From positions 1,120,001-1,184,000 of the forward strand of contig OZ243927.1 of the NCBI GenBank assembly GCA_965213925.1: 64,000 nucleotides of DNA, read 5' to 3'. Below the pieces are notes generated by a model. It saw only the letters and a program-made list of their open reading frames with translations. It made no database searches and had not been told where the DNA came from. Each line of letters opens with the position of its first letter. The first letter of the stretch is position 1. Below, piece by piece: positions 31,496-41,191 of this stretch. Made by a program: the position numbers and the translations under genes. This DNA comes from Trueperaceae bacterium. GTDB taxonomy: Bacteria; Deinococcota; Deinococci; Deinococcales; Trueperaceae.

Positions 31496-32043
31496 ACTCC
31501 ATGACTGACACAATTTTTGAGCGCGGCGAGGGCAGCGTCCAACTGAGCCAAAGGGAGATTGCGGCGCGCATAGACGAACTCGGCGCGAAAATCACCGAAG
31601 ATTATAAGGGCAAACCGCTCCACCTCATCTGCGTGTTGAACGGCGCGTTTATCTTCATGGCGGATTTGGTCAGGGCGATCGACGCGCCCCTCACGATGGA
31701 TTTCTTGTCGGTGTCGTCGTACGGCTCTCGCACCGAAACGTCGGGCGAAGTGCGGCTCATCAAAGACTTGGAGCAGTCGCTTAAAAATAAGCACGTGCTC
31801 TTAGTCGAAGACATCGTAGACACGGGACTCACCATGCGGTACCTCCTAAACTACCTCACGGGGCGTGGTCCGCTTTCGGTTAAGGTGGCGACGCTCCTCT
31901 CTAAACCGTCGCGCAGGATGGTCGAGGTGCCGGTAGATTATTTGGGCTTCGAGATCGACGATGCGTTCGTCTACGGCTACGGCTTGGATATCTCGCACGT
32001 CTACCGCAACCTCCCTTTCGTAACGAGCCAAAGCGACGAGTGA
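31492..32043 (+). CDS. hpt: hypoxanthine phosphoribosyltransferase
   Basis: VLLVEDIVDTGLT PRPP motif; FVYGYGLD. Confidence 0.95.
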   Translation: MNSMTDTIFERGEGSVQLSQREIAARIDELGAKITEDYKGKPLHLICVLNGAFIFMADLVRAIDAPLTMDFLSVSSYGSRTETSGEVRLIKDLEQSLKNKHVLLVEDIVDTGLTMRYLLNYLTGRGPLSVKVATLLSKPSRRMVEVPVDYLGFEIDDAFVYGYGLDISHVYRNLPFVTSQSDE

Positions 32044-33251
32044 TGCGCACGTCTACCGCTAAAAATCCGTTTGGCAATCTGAAGAATCTCTCCGTGCGAA
32101 ACCGCCGCCGCGTCCTCGCGCTGCTTCTCCTCATTGCGATGACTTTTGCGCTCGCGGCGGCGCAGGGCTGGCTCGACCGGACGCCGCCCGAAGTGTTCGT
32201 CTTACAAGCGGGCGAAGACTTCTCGGCGGCGCAACTTCCGGCGGGGCAACCGCTGGAGCTAACGCTCAGCTCGAGCGAACCCGTCACCTACAAGGTCACG
32301 TACGGCGACTTAGAGCTGCAAGAGGTCGGGCAGAACGTGGACTTGGAGTTGCCCGTTGTCGCAGGGGAAGCAACCTTAGAAATCACTGCGACGGACGCGG
32401 CGGACAACGTGAGCACCTACAGCTACACCCTGTTCGGCTTGCCCGAGCTGCAACCGCAAGTTCAGATGACGGATTCGGTGATTCCCGGCGACCCTGTAAG
32501 CGTGCGCGTCGCTTTGCCGCCGGAGAGCTTAGGCGTCCAAGAGGTCGCCGTGTCGTTTAATGGAGAGCCGCTCCCGGTTTTCTACACCGAAGATGAAGCG
32601 GTGGCGCTCACGAGCGTGCCGCTAGGGAGTGAGGCGACGGGGGAAGGGCTCCAGGTCTCCCTCTTGGACCAATACGGACGCACGGTCAGCATTGAGCGTA
32701 CCTTAAACGTTCTCAGTGACCCCCGCCCCGTCCAAGAGTTGAGCATCCCGGCGAGCGCCCTCCGCTCGTCCACGCCGGAAAATAGGGAGCTAGAAGCGCA
32801 AGCGGTCGCCGCCGCCTTTAGCGCTTCACTAGGCGGCAGTCCCTTGTGGAGCGAACCCTTCTTGCTGCCCATCCAAGGGCGCGGCACGAGCGGCTACGGC
32901 ACGCCGCGCCGCTACGCTCCGGGCGGGCGCGTCTCGTACCATCACGGCGCAGACATCGCCGCGCCCACCGGCACACCGATCCTCGCCACGAACGACGCGG
33001 AAGTTCGCATCGCAGACTTTTACCCCATCAAAGGGGGCTTCGTCGTGCTAGACCACGGCGCAGGCGTCTACAGCTTCTACCTGCATCAGTCGAAGATAGA
33101 CGTGTCGGCAGGGGAAGAGGTCGAGCGCGGTCAAAAGATCGGTGAGGTCGGCTCGACGGGGCTCTCGACGGGACCGCATTTGCACTGGGAGATGCGGGTG
33201 AATACAGTTTCGACGGACCCACTCAAGTGGGTGGGCGAGGTGTTCCCGTAG
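32040..33251 (+). CDS. M23 family metallopeptidase
   Basis: HHGAD and STGPHLHWE motifs; N-terminal TM anchor. Confidence 0.9.
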   Translation: MMRTSTAKNPFGNLKNLSVRNRRRVLALLLLIAMTFALAAAQGWLDRTPPEVFVLQAGEDFSAAQLPAGQPLELTLSSSEPVTYKVTYGDLELQEVGQNVDLELPVVAGEATLEITATDAADNVSTYSYTLFGLPELQPQVQMTDSVIPGDPVSVRVALPPESLGVQEVAVSFNGEPLPVFYTEDEAVALTSVPLGSEATGEGLQVSLLDQYGRTVSIERTLNVLSDPRPVQELSIPASALRSSTPENRELEAQAVAAAFSASLGGSPLWSEPFLLPIQGRGTSGYGTPRRYAPGGRVSYHHGADIAAPTGTPILATNDAEVRIADFYPIKGGFVVLDHGAGVYSFYLHQSKIDVSAGEEVERGQKIGEVGSTGLSTGPHLHWEMRVNTVSTDPLKWVGEVFP

Positions 33252-33276
33252 AGGTATGATAGGGAGAGGCGCGGCG

Positions 33277-33831
33277 ATGACGGTACGAACGGAGCGCATG
33301 ACCGCTGATGAACTCTCCAACCTCTCCAACGATGGCTACCGCTACGAACTCATCGAAGGGGAGTTAAAACGAACGCCGCCCGCTGGCGAGGAACACGGCT
33401 ACATTGCAGCGGAAATCGCCGCCGAGCTTCGCAACTACGTCAAGGCGAAAGGTTTAGGTCGTGTTTACGCTGCCGAGACGGGTTTCAAGCTGAGCAGTTC
33501 CCCCGATACCGTGCGTGCTCCCGACGTGGCTTTTGTGAGCCGAGCGCGTTTAGACGTTCTGTCACCTGGCAAGGGCTACCGCGCCGATGTACCCGATCTG
33601 GTTGTTGAAGTCATCTCACCCTTTGATCTCTATGCGGAAGTAAGCGCGAAGGTGGCGCAGTGGTTGGAGGCAGGTTGCCGCCGCGTCATCGTGGTCAACC
33701 CGCGAACCCAAGAGGTGTTGGTTCATACCTCTCGAGTGGACATGACAGTTCTGACCATAGACGGTACTTTAGAGGGTGGCGAGGTTGTACCGGGCTGGGC
33801 GCTAGATGTTCGAGCCATTTTTGAGTCATAA
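33277..33831 (+). CDS. Uma2 family endonuclease-like protein
   Basis: RYELIEGEL, RAPDVAFV, PDLVVEVISP. Confidence 0.9.
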   Translation: MTVRTERMTADELSNLSNDGYRYELIEGELKRTPPAGEEHGYIAAEIAAELRNYVKAKGLGRVYAAETGFKLSSSPDTVRAPDVAFVSRARLDVLSPGKGYRADVPDLVVEVISPFDLYAEVSAKVAQWLEAGCRRVIVVNPRTQEVLVHTSRVDMTVLTIDGTLEGGEVVPGWALDVRAIFES

Positions 33832-33857
33832 ATCTTGCGTAGATTTCGGTACAGAGA

Positions 33858-35633
33858 TTATAAGCGGCTCCGCGCCCCATACGGCAAGATACTGATAAAT
33901 TCGCCCTCGGCTAACCGCTCTTGAATCTTTTGCCAGAACTTGGGCTCGAGCAGGTCCCCGTGCGCTTTCGTAAACGCGGGATGCAGGGGTTTGGGAATCC
34001 CTAAAAAGGGCAAGAGCTGCTCGGGAAAGACGTCATCAGGTCCGACGTAGTACCAGGGCTCTGAGGCCATCTCTTGCTCATGCGTTTTCGGCTCCGGTAC
34101 GCGGCGGAAGTTGCAGGTCTCCAAGAGGCAAAGCTCATCGTAGTCGTAGAACACAACGCGACCTAGGCGCGTCACGCCGAAGTTTTTCACGAGCATGTCG
34201 CCGGGGAAGATGTTGCTGTAAGCGAGGTCTTTGATGGCTTGCCCGTATTCGGCGACGGCGGCTTCCGATTCCTCTTGCGTCGCCTCGTCGAAGTAGAGGT
34301 TGAGGGGCGTCACGCGCCGCTCCATGTAGAGGTGCTTGGTGATGACCGCGTGGTTTTTGACCTCGAGCGTCTTCGAGGCTAACTCGGTCAGCGTCTCCAA
34401 AAGCTCCGGGCTGAAGTGACGCTTATCGAACGCCAAATGCTCGAACTCCTGCGCGTCGATGAGCCGCCCCGCCCTGTCGTGGTGAAAGACGAGGTCGTAG
34501 CGCCCTCTGATCTTCTCTCTGCTGGTGTCTTTGGGCGGGTCGAAGCGGTCTCTGATGAGCTTAAAGACGAGGTCGTAGTCCTGCGCGGTAAAGACCGTCA
34601 TGACCATGCCGGGAATCCCAGGCGCGGGCTCGAACGCATGGTCCGTGCTCTCCTCTAAGTGCGCCAAAAGCTCGCGGTACATCTCCGTTTTGCCGTGCTT
34701 ATGGTAGCCGAGCGCGATATAGAGTTCGCTCAGCTTTTTGTGGGGGAGAAGCTCGCGCAAGAACCTGACCAGGTCGAAAGGACGCGGCGCGGCGACGTGA
34801 AAGTACGAGTGCGTGTAGCTGAAGAGTACGCCGACACAGTCCTCGCCGGAGATGAGCGCGTCTATAACGAGTCCGTCCGGCTCGTGGAGGAGGGCGAGCG
34901 CGACGGGAACGCGCCCATTCTCCGTCACGGCGCGTCCCACCAGATAGGCCGCTTTGCCCCGGTAGAAAACCTCAGCGGCGACGTCCAGATGAAGGATGGG
35001 ACCTCCCGCGACCTCTTGCAGACGTTTTGCCACCCGCTCGGCGTCGCGTACGATATCTTGGCAGGCCGCTTCTATCGGCACGTCCCGCAGGATATGCGTC
35101 ACCGCTTTCGCGACGCAGTCCGCCCCTAAATCTTTGCAGGTATGGCGTCTAAACGCCTGCGCCGTCGCGGGCGTCGGGGGTTCGGAGAAGTCGGTGCGGA
35201 CGAACTCGATCTGCTCGTCCACGCCTACCGTGACGAAGATACGCCGCGTTAGCGAGTTGAAGAAGGTCTCGGCGAGTTCCCAGTCGGGAGCGTGAGCGAT
35301 GCGGCTCGAGAACACCGCTTTAAGCCCCATCCAGAGCATCTTGTCGTGCAGCCTCTCCCCGAGTAGCGCCCTGATCTCTTCGACGATAGCCGCTACTGCC
35401 TCCTTGCGCAGGGAGAGTCGGTGCGCCGAGTCGGTGCGCCAGCCCTGCCAGTCGCGCCGCTCGAAACGGCGTTGGGCAAGCGTGGTCACAGCTTCGAATT
35501 TGTCTCGGTAGGTTCGAAACGCTTCGTAGATGCGCTCTGCGCCGACTGCAGCCCGGCGGCTGTCCGTGAGGGCTTCGCAAGGAGGTTTAGGCTCTGAAGC
35601 GGGATGGAGTGGCTCAGTTGTGGGTGCTGCCAT
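33858..35633 (-). CDS. aceK: isocitrate dehydrogenase kinase/phosphatase
   Basis: LAETFFNS, KHGKTE, APGIPGMVM, DRAGRLID, IFPGDMLVKNFGVTR..VVFYDYDE. Confidence 0.92.
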   Translation of the reverse strand: MAAPTTEPLHPASEPKPPCEALTDSRRAAVGAERIYEAFRTYRDKFEAVTTLAQRRFERRDWQGWRTDSAHRLSLRKEAVAAIVEEIRALLGERLHDKMLWMGLKAVFSSRIAHAPDWELAETFFNSLTRRIFVTVGVDEQIEFVRTDFSEPPTPATAQAFRRHTCKDLGADCVAKAVTHILRDVPIEAACQDIVRDAERVAKRLQEVAGGPILHLDVAAEVFYRGKAAYLVGRAVTENGRVPVALALLHEPDGLVIDALISGEDCVGVLFSYTHSYFHVAAPRPFDLVRFLRELLPHKKLSELYIALGYHKHGKTEMYRELLAHLEESTDHAFEPAPGIPGMVMTVFTAQDYDLVFKLIRDRFDPPKDTSREKIRGRYDLVFHHDRAGRLIDAQEFEHLAFDKRHFSPELLETLTELASKTLEVKNHAVITKHLYMERRVTPLNLYFDEATQEESEAAVAEYGQAIKDLAYSNIFPGDMLVKNFGVTRLGRVVFYDYDELCLLETCNFRRVPEPKTHEQEMASEPWYYVGPDDVFPEQLLPFLGIPKPLHPAFTKAHGDLLEPKFWQKIQERLAEGEFISILPYGARSRL

Positions 35634-35882
35634 GCCTAAGTGTAAGGAATATCTTGCGAATTGTCGGTGGTGTATATCTTGGGCAGATACTCCGAAACAC
35701 AGCAGATATCCTCTAAACGCGAGCCGTTTTCGTGGACGAAGCGGCGTCCAGCACGCGCTAACGGGTAGTCAGTGCTACGCACTTTAACCAAACCTTTTTC
35801 ATTGCTCAGGATAAGGTTATTGAGTAAGCCTTAGCTAACGCCGTATCAAGCCCCTGTTTCACAAAGTCATTCTAACAGAGAC

Positions 35883-36581
35883 TCACAAGGTTTCCCCGCC
35901 TGCGCTCGAGCCCGCCACCCAAACCTCACCTCGGGCGCTCACCTCACGCTTCCACACGGGTAAAAGCTCTTTGATCCGGTCGATGCAGGCGTGCGTCGCC
36001 TCTAACGCAGCGCGGCGGTGCGGTGAGGAGATCACGATGGCGATCGACGCTTCGCTCGGTCTGAGGCGTCCGAGGCGGTGCGAGATGACGATTTTGCCCA
36101 AGTCGAAGCGTTCTCGCAGTTCACTCGCCACCACCTTCATCTGCGTCAAGATCATCGCCTCGTAGCCTTCATAGTCGATGTACTCGACCACTTGACCCAA
36201 GTTAGGCGAGCGCACCGTGCCGACGAAACTCGCCACCGCGCCGAAGGGGTCCGCCACGGCGAGGGCGTGGAGGTGGGCGAGGTCTAAGACGCCTTCGGTG
36301 ACGAAAAGATGATCGGTGAGGCGGTCGGTTTCTGAGTTGACCTCGCCACCCGACACGGGCGGAAAAAACGCGAGCGTGTCGCCCTCTGCGACCTCTTGGT
36401 TGGGCGAGACGTACTGCTCATTGAGGGCGCAGAGCGCGCCTTTGAGGGACAAGTCGGGATAGTCAGCCTGGAGTCTTTCGGCGACTTGGCGGACGGTTAG
36501 AGGTTCGCTTAGCTCGAGCCTAAGCTCCCGCTGACCGACCTGGTCGCGGTAGCTGGCAAAAAGAAGAAGGGTAATGGTCAC
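35883..36581 (-). CDS. moaDE: fused molybdopterin synthase MoaD-MoaE (MoaX-like)
   Basis: MoaD ending FFPPVSGG read through in frame into MoaE (GAVASFVGTVR, HRLGRL, PVWKRE). Confidence 0.9.
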   Translation of the reverse strand: MTITLLLFASYRDQVGQRELRLELSEPLTVRQVAERLQADYPDLSLKGALCALNEQYVSPNQEVAEGDTLAFFPPVSGGEVNSETDRLTDHLFVTEGVLDLAHLHALAVADPFGAVASFVGTVRSPNLGQVVEYIDYEGYEAMILTQMKVVASELRERFDLGKIVISHRLGRLRPSEASIAIVISSPHRRAALEATHACIDRIKELLPVWKREVSARGEVWVAGSSAGGETL

Positions 36582-36613
36582 GTATTTAGTCTATCAAGAG
36601 AAGCCAACGGTCT

Positions 36614-37192
36614 TTAGTGCCAAAAGGTGTTCAAGGACTCTACGATGCTAAAAAAGTGCCGATAGGTCGTCGTGATACCTCTTGGTGTTTCGGGGTTCTT
36701 AACCAACACGTTTAGGTCTGCAATTAAACCTCTCGTTGAGGGAGAATCAACGATAAATTCACGAAAGGTGTAGTAGCCACCTCTTCGAGATCGAAAAACA
36801 TACTGATTCATATCAGTGTATATTCGCGTTACAGGTGCGCTTTCTACTTTGCATCTAGCCTCAATGGTTTCCAAATCTAGGTTTTCTTCTGGAGCGGTGA
36901 GTATGACCTCTTTGAAAGCAGCAATGTAACGCTTCTCCTGCTCGAGATTTTCGCCCTCTTTATACCCAATGTGTAGTTGCCACTCCTCCGCGCAAGCATC
37001 CAGAAGGCGTTTTTGGTCATCATCATTTACATCAACCGTGAAATGCACGTAGATTTCAATAATATGTTCGTCCTCACCTACAGGTTCAACAAACTCTTCT
37101 TGCGAGAATCTAGCGTCTACTTTGAGCACTCTAAAGGCGTCGTTTTCCCAACGTTTCATCTTCATAGCAACAAACCGCCTGTCATTCGTCAT
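36614..37192 (-). CDS. hypothetical protein (low GC)
   Basis: 192-aa ORF; AT-rich relative to flanks. Confidence 0.6.
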   Translation of the reverse strand: MTNDRRFVAMKMKRWENDAFRVLKVDARFSQEEFVEPVGEDEHIIEIYVHFTVDVNDDDQKRLLDACAEEWQLHIGYKEGENLEQEKRYIAAFKEVILTAPEENLDLETIEARCKVESAPVTRIYTDMNQYVFRSRRGGYYTFREFIVDSPSTRGLIADLNVLVKNPETPRGITTTYRHFFSIVESLNTFWH

Positions 37193-37221
37193 AAGAAAGC
37201 AAGTTGTCCAAACAGAATTAC

Positions 37222-38181
37222 TTAATTGAAACTCGCCCGCTGCTCGGCGCTCTTCGCGACCGTCTCCGTCACGCCTTGCGCGATCGCCAGGGTTTCGGGG
37301 TAGCGCATCCGCAAGGGTCCCAAGAGCATCAGCCCGGCTCTGGAGGAGCCCAGCTCGAGCCGCGCCGACACGAGCGCCACGGTCTCCTCTAAAACGAGGC
37401 GCAGCGCCTCGTCGATATCTACTTCGTTATTAGGCTGCTCGACGCGCTCCACGACCACGCGCACGAACTCGGGGTCGGTGGACTCGGGCTCCATCAGGAG
37501 GTTTTTGAGTCCTTGCGAGAAGAGCCGGGGCGGGTTCATCGTGGGCCAGGCGTCCGCAAGCGCGCGAAAGGTGCGCGCGACCTCCTCCTCGGCGCGTCCG
37601 GCAATGTCAGCGAGCGCCACCGGGACCTCTTGCACGGGAACATCCAGGCTGCGCAAGCTGCTCTCGGCTTCGCGCAGTGCGTCGCCGTTCGGTGTTGGCG
37701 CGAGGTCTAGGATGAGCTGGCGGATGAGGCCGTTCTCTAAAACGACCACGGCTAAAAGGCGCGTGCTGGAGAGCGCTGAGAGGTGAATCTCCAGGGTGTG
37801 CAAGTCGTCGTCGGCGGGCAGGCTCACGACCACGGCGTAACCGGAAAGTTCAGCGGTGACGCTGGCGACTCTTTGCAACAGGGTGTCGCCGTGCGCGCCT
37901 TTTAGCCGCATCTTTAAGAGGTCGCGCTGCAACTTAGGCAGGCGCTCGGGCGGCATGAACTTACGCGCGTAGCGCCTGTAGCTTTCGGCGGTGGGGACGC
38001 GCCCCGCCGAGGTATGAGGCTGGACCAAGTAACCCGCCTCCTCGAGCGCCGCAAACTCGCTTCTCACCGTCGCGCTGCTGACCCCGAGCTGCTTAGCGAT
38101 AGGCGCAGACGCCACCGGCTTCGCTGAGGTGATGTAATGCGCCGTGACGAGGTCGAGGATGCGGGCGGTACGCTCATTCAT
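37222..38181 (-). CDS. hrcA: heat-inducible transcription repressor HrcA
   Basis: SSATVRSE..LEEAGYLVQPHTSAGRVPT and GPLRMRY; start set at ATG 38181. Confidence 0.9.
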   Translation of the reverse strand: MNERTARILDLVTAHYITSAKPVASAPIAKQLGVSSATVRSEFAALEEAGYLVQPHTSAGRVPTAESYRRYARKFMPPERLPKLQRDLLKMRLKGAHGDTLLQRVASVTAELSGYAVVVSLPADDDLHTLEIHLSALSSTRLLAVVVLENGLIRQLILDLAPTPNGDALREAESSLRSLDVPVQEVPVALADIAGRAEEEVARTFRALADAWPTMNPPRLFSQGLKNLLMEPESTDPEFVRVVVERVEQPNNEVDIDEALRLVLEETVALVSARLELGSSRAGLMLLGPLRMRYPETLAIAQGVTETVAKSAEQRASFN

Positions 38182-38614
38182 CTTTTGTAGTATAGCATTT
38201 CGTTTCTGCCCAGCGCGGTTTATAGGGACCGCGGAGCGCGGTGCGTGAAGGGTTCTTAGGGCATTTCTCACGCTTGGCAAGAACAGACCCGCGCGCTACT
38301 TGGCGAAGCTTGCTACAATTCCCCAAGACCGTTTGGCTAGGGTTCCGTTTGCTAGCAGGTATCAAAGCCTGTCTCCCGTTGGTCGGAGCTGGTCAGGTAC
38401 GCCCTCAGTAATATAGCGCTGTTGGAACGCGCACGCTATAGGATGATATCTGCGCCATTCAAACTATGTTGGATTGCAAAGGCTGGACCAAGCGCCATGA
38501 AAGTTGTTGCGTGGGGACGAATAGACGCGGCAAAGACCATCCCAAGGATAAAAGCCTCGAGGTAGCGGTTCAAGGAGGATTGTCGTCTCTAAGAACGCTT
38601 CTAGGAGGTTATAG

Positions 38615-39064
38615 ATGAACGGATTTTGGGTTGCACTACTCGTCGCGCTGTGCGGCGGTTTAGCGGTCGGTTTCCAGGGGGTACTCAATAGCCTAGCCGG
38701 AAGGTCGCTGGGCGCGCCGCTCACGGGGCTACTCGTCAACATCGCTGGCGGAACGCTGTCGCTTTTACTGCTGGCACTCTTCTCGAGGACTTTACCCTTC
38801 CAGGCGGTAGACGCTAAAGCCGCCTTTACTGTTGTGTTGGCCGGCGGCATAGGCGTGTTCGTCGTGTTTTCTATCGCGTTCGCGCTGCCGCGCGTCGGCG
38901 TGGCGGCGGGCATCGCGGCGGTCATTTTGGGTCAGTTAGCGCTCTCCGTGCTCGCGGACGCGCTCGGCTGGTCGGGCGCGGTGATTCCGGTGGATTTGCG
39001 CCGCGTCTTGGGCTTGGCGCTGCCCCCCGGCGGGCTGGTGTTTCTCTTGCCGCCGCAAAGCTGA
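38615..39064 (+). CDS. DMT family transporter (YdcZ/DUF606-like)
   Basis: FQGVLNS..GGIG..GQL..D pattern; 5 hydrophobic helices. Confidence 0.75.
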   Translation: MNGFWVALLVALCGGLAVGFQGVLNSLAGRSLGAPLTGLLVNIAGGTLSLLLLALFSRTLPFQAVDAKAAFTVVLAGGIGVFVVFSIAFALPRVGVAAGIAAVILGQLALSVLADALGWSGAVIPVDLRRVLGLALPPGGLVFLLPPQS

Positions 39065-39120
39065 TGCAAACGTGTAAAAGCTGCGCAAGGGCGAATTCTC
39101 AACGCGGCTCACCTCACTCG

Positions 39121-40209
39121 TTACCGAGCCGGTTGCGCCTCCTCTAGTCGACTTTTCAGAAACGCCAACACCGCCGCCTCTTCAGGCTCGAGCCCACGCA
39201 ACTTTTTGAGCTTCTTCTCCGCGCGTTTTTTGAGAGATTCGCGCAGCGACCCTTCCAGGTAAGCGTCGATAATTTGCGGGTGGACGTACGACTGCCGCGC
39301 GATGGTCGGCGTGTTGCCGAGGTGCTGCGCGACGCGCTCGATCGCCCTTACGACGTTTTTTTTCGCTTGCGTTTCGGAGTCAAAAGCTTCAAACTCCTCT
39401 AGCGCTAACGCCGCCAAAACCGTCCCCGCCCAGGTGCGAAAATCCTTCGCGGTGATCTCTTGCCCGGAGATGCGCTGCAGATACTCGTTGACGTGCGCCG
39501 ACTCGACGTCCACGCGCTCGCCGTCTTCGTCAAAATATTTGAACAGCTCGTAGCCCGGCACGTCCTCGCACTCGCTGATAATAGTGGCGATGCGCTCGTC
39601 CTCCAACTCGATGTGCCAGTCCTTGCCGCCCTTGCCTATAAACTCGAAGGTGACGGTATCGTTTTCGACATCGACATGCTTTTTGCGGATGGTGGTAAGC
39701 CCGTAAGACTCGTTTTCCTGCGCGTACTGCGCGTTGCCCACACGGATGAGGGTGGTCTCGAGCAGTTTCACAACCGTCGCCAAGACCTTATCGCGCCCTA
39801 GCCCCGGCTGCGACATGTCCTTATCCACCCGGTGGCGCAACTTAGGCAGCATCTCGCCGAACGCGACCATGCGGTTATACTTGGTCTCGTCGCGCACTTT
39901 ACGCCACTTGGGGTGATAGATATACTGCTTGCGCCCTTTGTCGTCGCGCCCGGTCGCTAAGATATGTCCTTTAGGCGAGGTGCAAATCCACACATCGGTG
40001 TAGGCGGGCGGGACGGCGAGCGACTTGATGCGCTCTTTCTCCCTCTTATCCGTGACCCTAGACCCATCCGGCTTGAGGTAGGTGAAGCCCTTGCCCCACG
40101 GTTTGCGCGTAATGCCGGGCTCGTCGTCGTGAACGTAGCGGAGCTTGGCGAGTTTAGCTGAGGCTTCGGGGTCACCCTCGAGTAAGAGCGCGTTTTCGGG
40201 TGTGATCAT
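39121..40209 (-). CDS. bacterial DNA topoisomerase IB
   Basis: GRDDKGRKQYIY, IRVGN, FIGKGGK, KDFRTW, LGNTP..SYVHP (catalytic Tyr). Confidence 0.92.
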   Translation of the reverse strand: MITPENALLLEGDPEASAKLAKLRYVHDDEPGITRKPWGKGFTYLKPDGSRVTDKREKERIKSLAVPPAYTDVWICTSPKGHILATGRDDKGRKQYIYHPKWRKVRDETKYNRMVAFGEMLPKLRHRVDKDMSQPGLGRDKVLATVVKLLETTLIRVGNAQYAQENESYGLTTIRKKHVDVENDTVTFEFIGKGGKDWHIELEDERIATIISECEDVPGYELFKYFDEDGERVDVESAHVNEYLQRISGQEITAKDFRTWAGTVLAALALEEFEAFDSETQAKKNVVRAIERVAQHLGNTPTIARQSYVHPQIIDAYLEGSLRESLKKRAEKKLKKLRGLEPEEAAVLAFLKSRLEEAQPAR

Positions 40210-40635
40210 CTAGGTTGAACGTGGGTCGTGGACGCGCTCTGCGCCCGTCTCCTCGAGCACTTCGACGACTCTGCTCACGTCGTTGGTATCCAGCATGACA
40301 AGTTTACCGCCGTGCTGGACGCTGTTGCGGAAGAAGTCGCCCTCTTCGCCCAGGTCGTCCAAGCGCGTGAGCGTCCCCTGCAAGTCAACCGTCATCGGGT
40401 GCGTGCTCCCACCTTGATTCGCCACGCCGCCCGCACCGATTGTTTGATTGCCGCCCAAAAGACCTTCGTTGCTGACCTCTTGGTCCGCGCTGCCGCCCGC
40501 GCCCCCCGCGCCCTCGCCTTCGTTGCCCTCGAACACGTGACTGATGTCGTCGCCCAAGCCCTCTTTTTCCAACACGTCAATCGCTTTATAAAGACCATCT
40601 AAGTCGTCGTAAAGTCCTAAAACTGTCGCCATCAT
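40210..40635 (-). CDS. acidic, Gly-rich general-stress-like hypothetical protein
   Basis: co-oriented in a stress cluster; VLGLYDD..A...L..EG pattern. Confidence 0.55.
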   Translation of the reverse strand: MMATVLGLYDDLDGLYKAIDVLEKEGLGDDISHVFEGNEGEGAGGAGGSADQEVSNEGLLGGNQTIGAGGVANQGGSTHPMTVDLQGTLTRLDDLGEEGDFFRNSVQHGGKLVMLDTNDVSRVVEVLEETGAERVHDPRST

Positions 40636-40657
40636 CTACCCCCTACAAAGTAGCGCT

Positions 40658-40686
40658 AAAAAAAGCACGCGCTACAAGGCGTGCTC
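40658..40686 (-). terminator. intrinsic terminator inside the stress cluster
   Basis: agcacgc/gcgtgct stem followed by a T tract on the minus strand. Confidence 0.65.
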
Positions 40687-40702
40687 TTTCGTTCGGATAC
40701 TC

Positions 40703-41146
40703 TTAAACCCTTTTGAGCGTGCGGACCTCTTGCAGTGTCTGTTGAATCTTGTCGTGCTGCTGCTGAACCATCGGCGCGAGGTCGCCGGGCAGGTCGCGCT
40801 GTAAGACGTCGTTGTAGTTTTCGATGGCGGTTTCGTCGCCGCGCTCGACCTCTTTTAAGACCTCTTCGTCGCTCTTGCCCGTGATGGCGTCGCGCACGTT
40901 GAGCCAGGTGCGGTGCAACGCTGCTGAGGCGCTGCCGCCCTCTTTCGGCTCGCCACCGTGACGACGCACCTCGCCCTCTAAGTCCGCCCGAAAGCTCGCC
41001 CGCTCTTGAGCGACGCGGTTAAAGATCGTTTGAAATTCGGAGCTGTCGACCTCATCGGCTGCGTCGCGGTAGCCCTTCTCACCGTCGTGTAAGGTGCCGA
41101 TGAGATAATTCAGAGACTCGACTGCTTTATCGTTACTGACTGCCAT
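40703..41146 (-). CDS. PA2169/DUF2383 ferritin-like four-helix-bundle protein
   Basis: LN.LI..DGEKGY..A, LHRTW, E.ERG.E..Y. Confidence 0.85.
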   Translation of the reverse strand: MAVSNDKAVESLNYLIGTLHDGEKGYRDAADEVDSSEFQTIFNRVAQERASFRADLEGEVRRHGGEPKEGGSASAALHRTWLNVRDAITGKSDEEVLKEVERGDETAIENYNDVLQRDLPGDLAPMVQQQHDKIQQTLQEVRTLKRV

Positions 41147-41191
41147 AAATTCCTCCTAAGTGTTGCTTGACCTACTGCTTAAACGGTTTGC

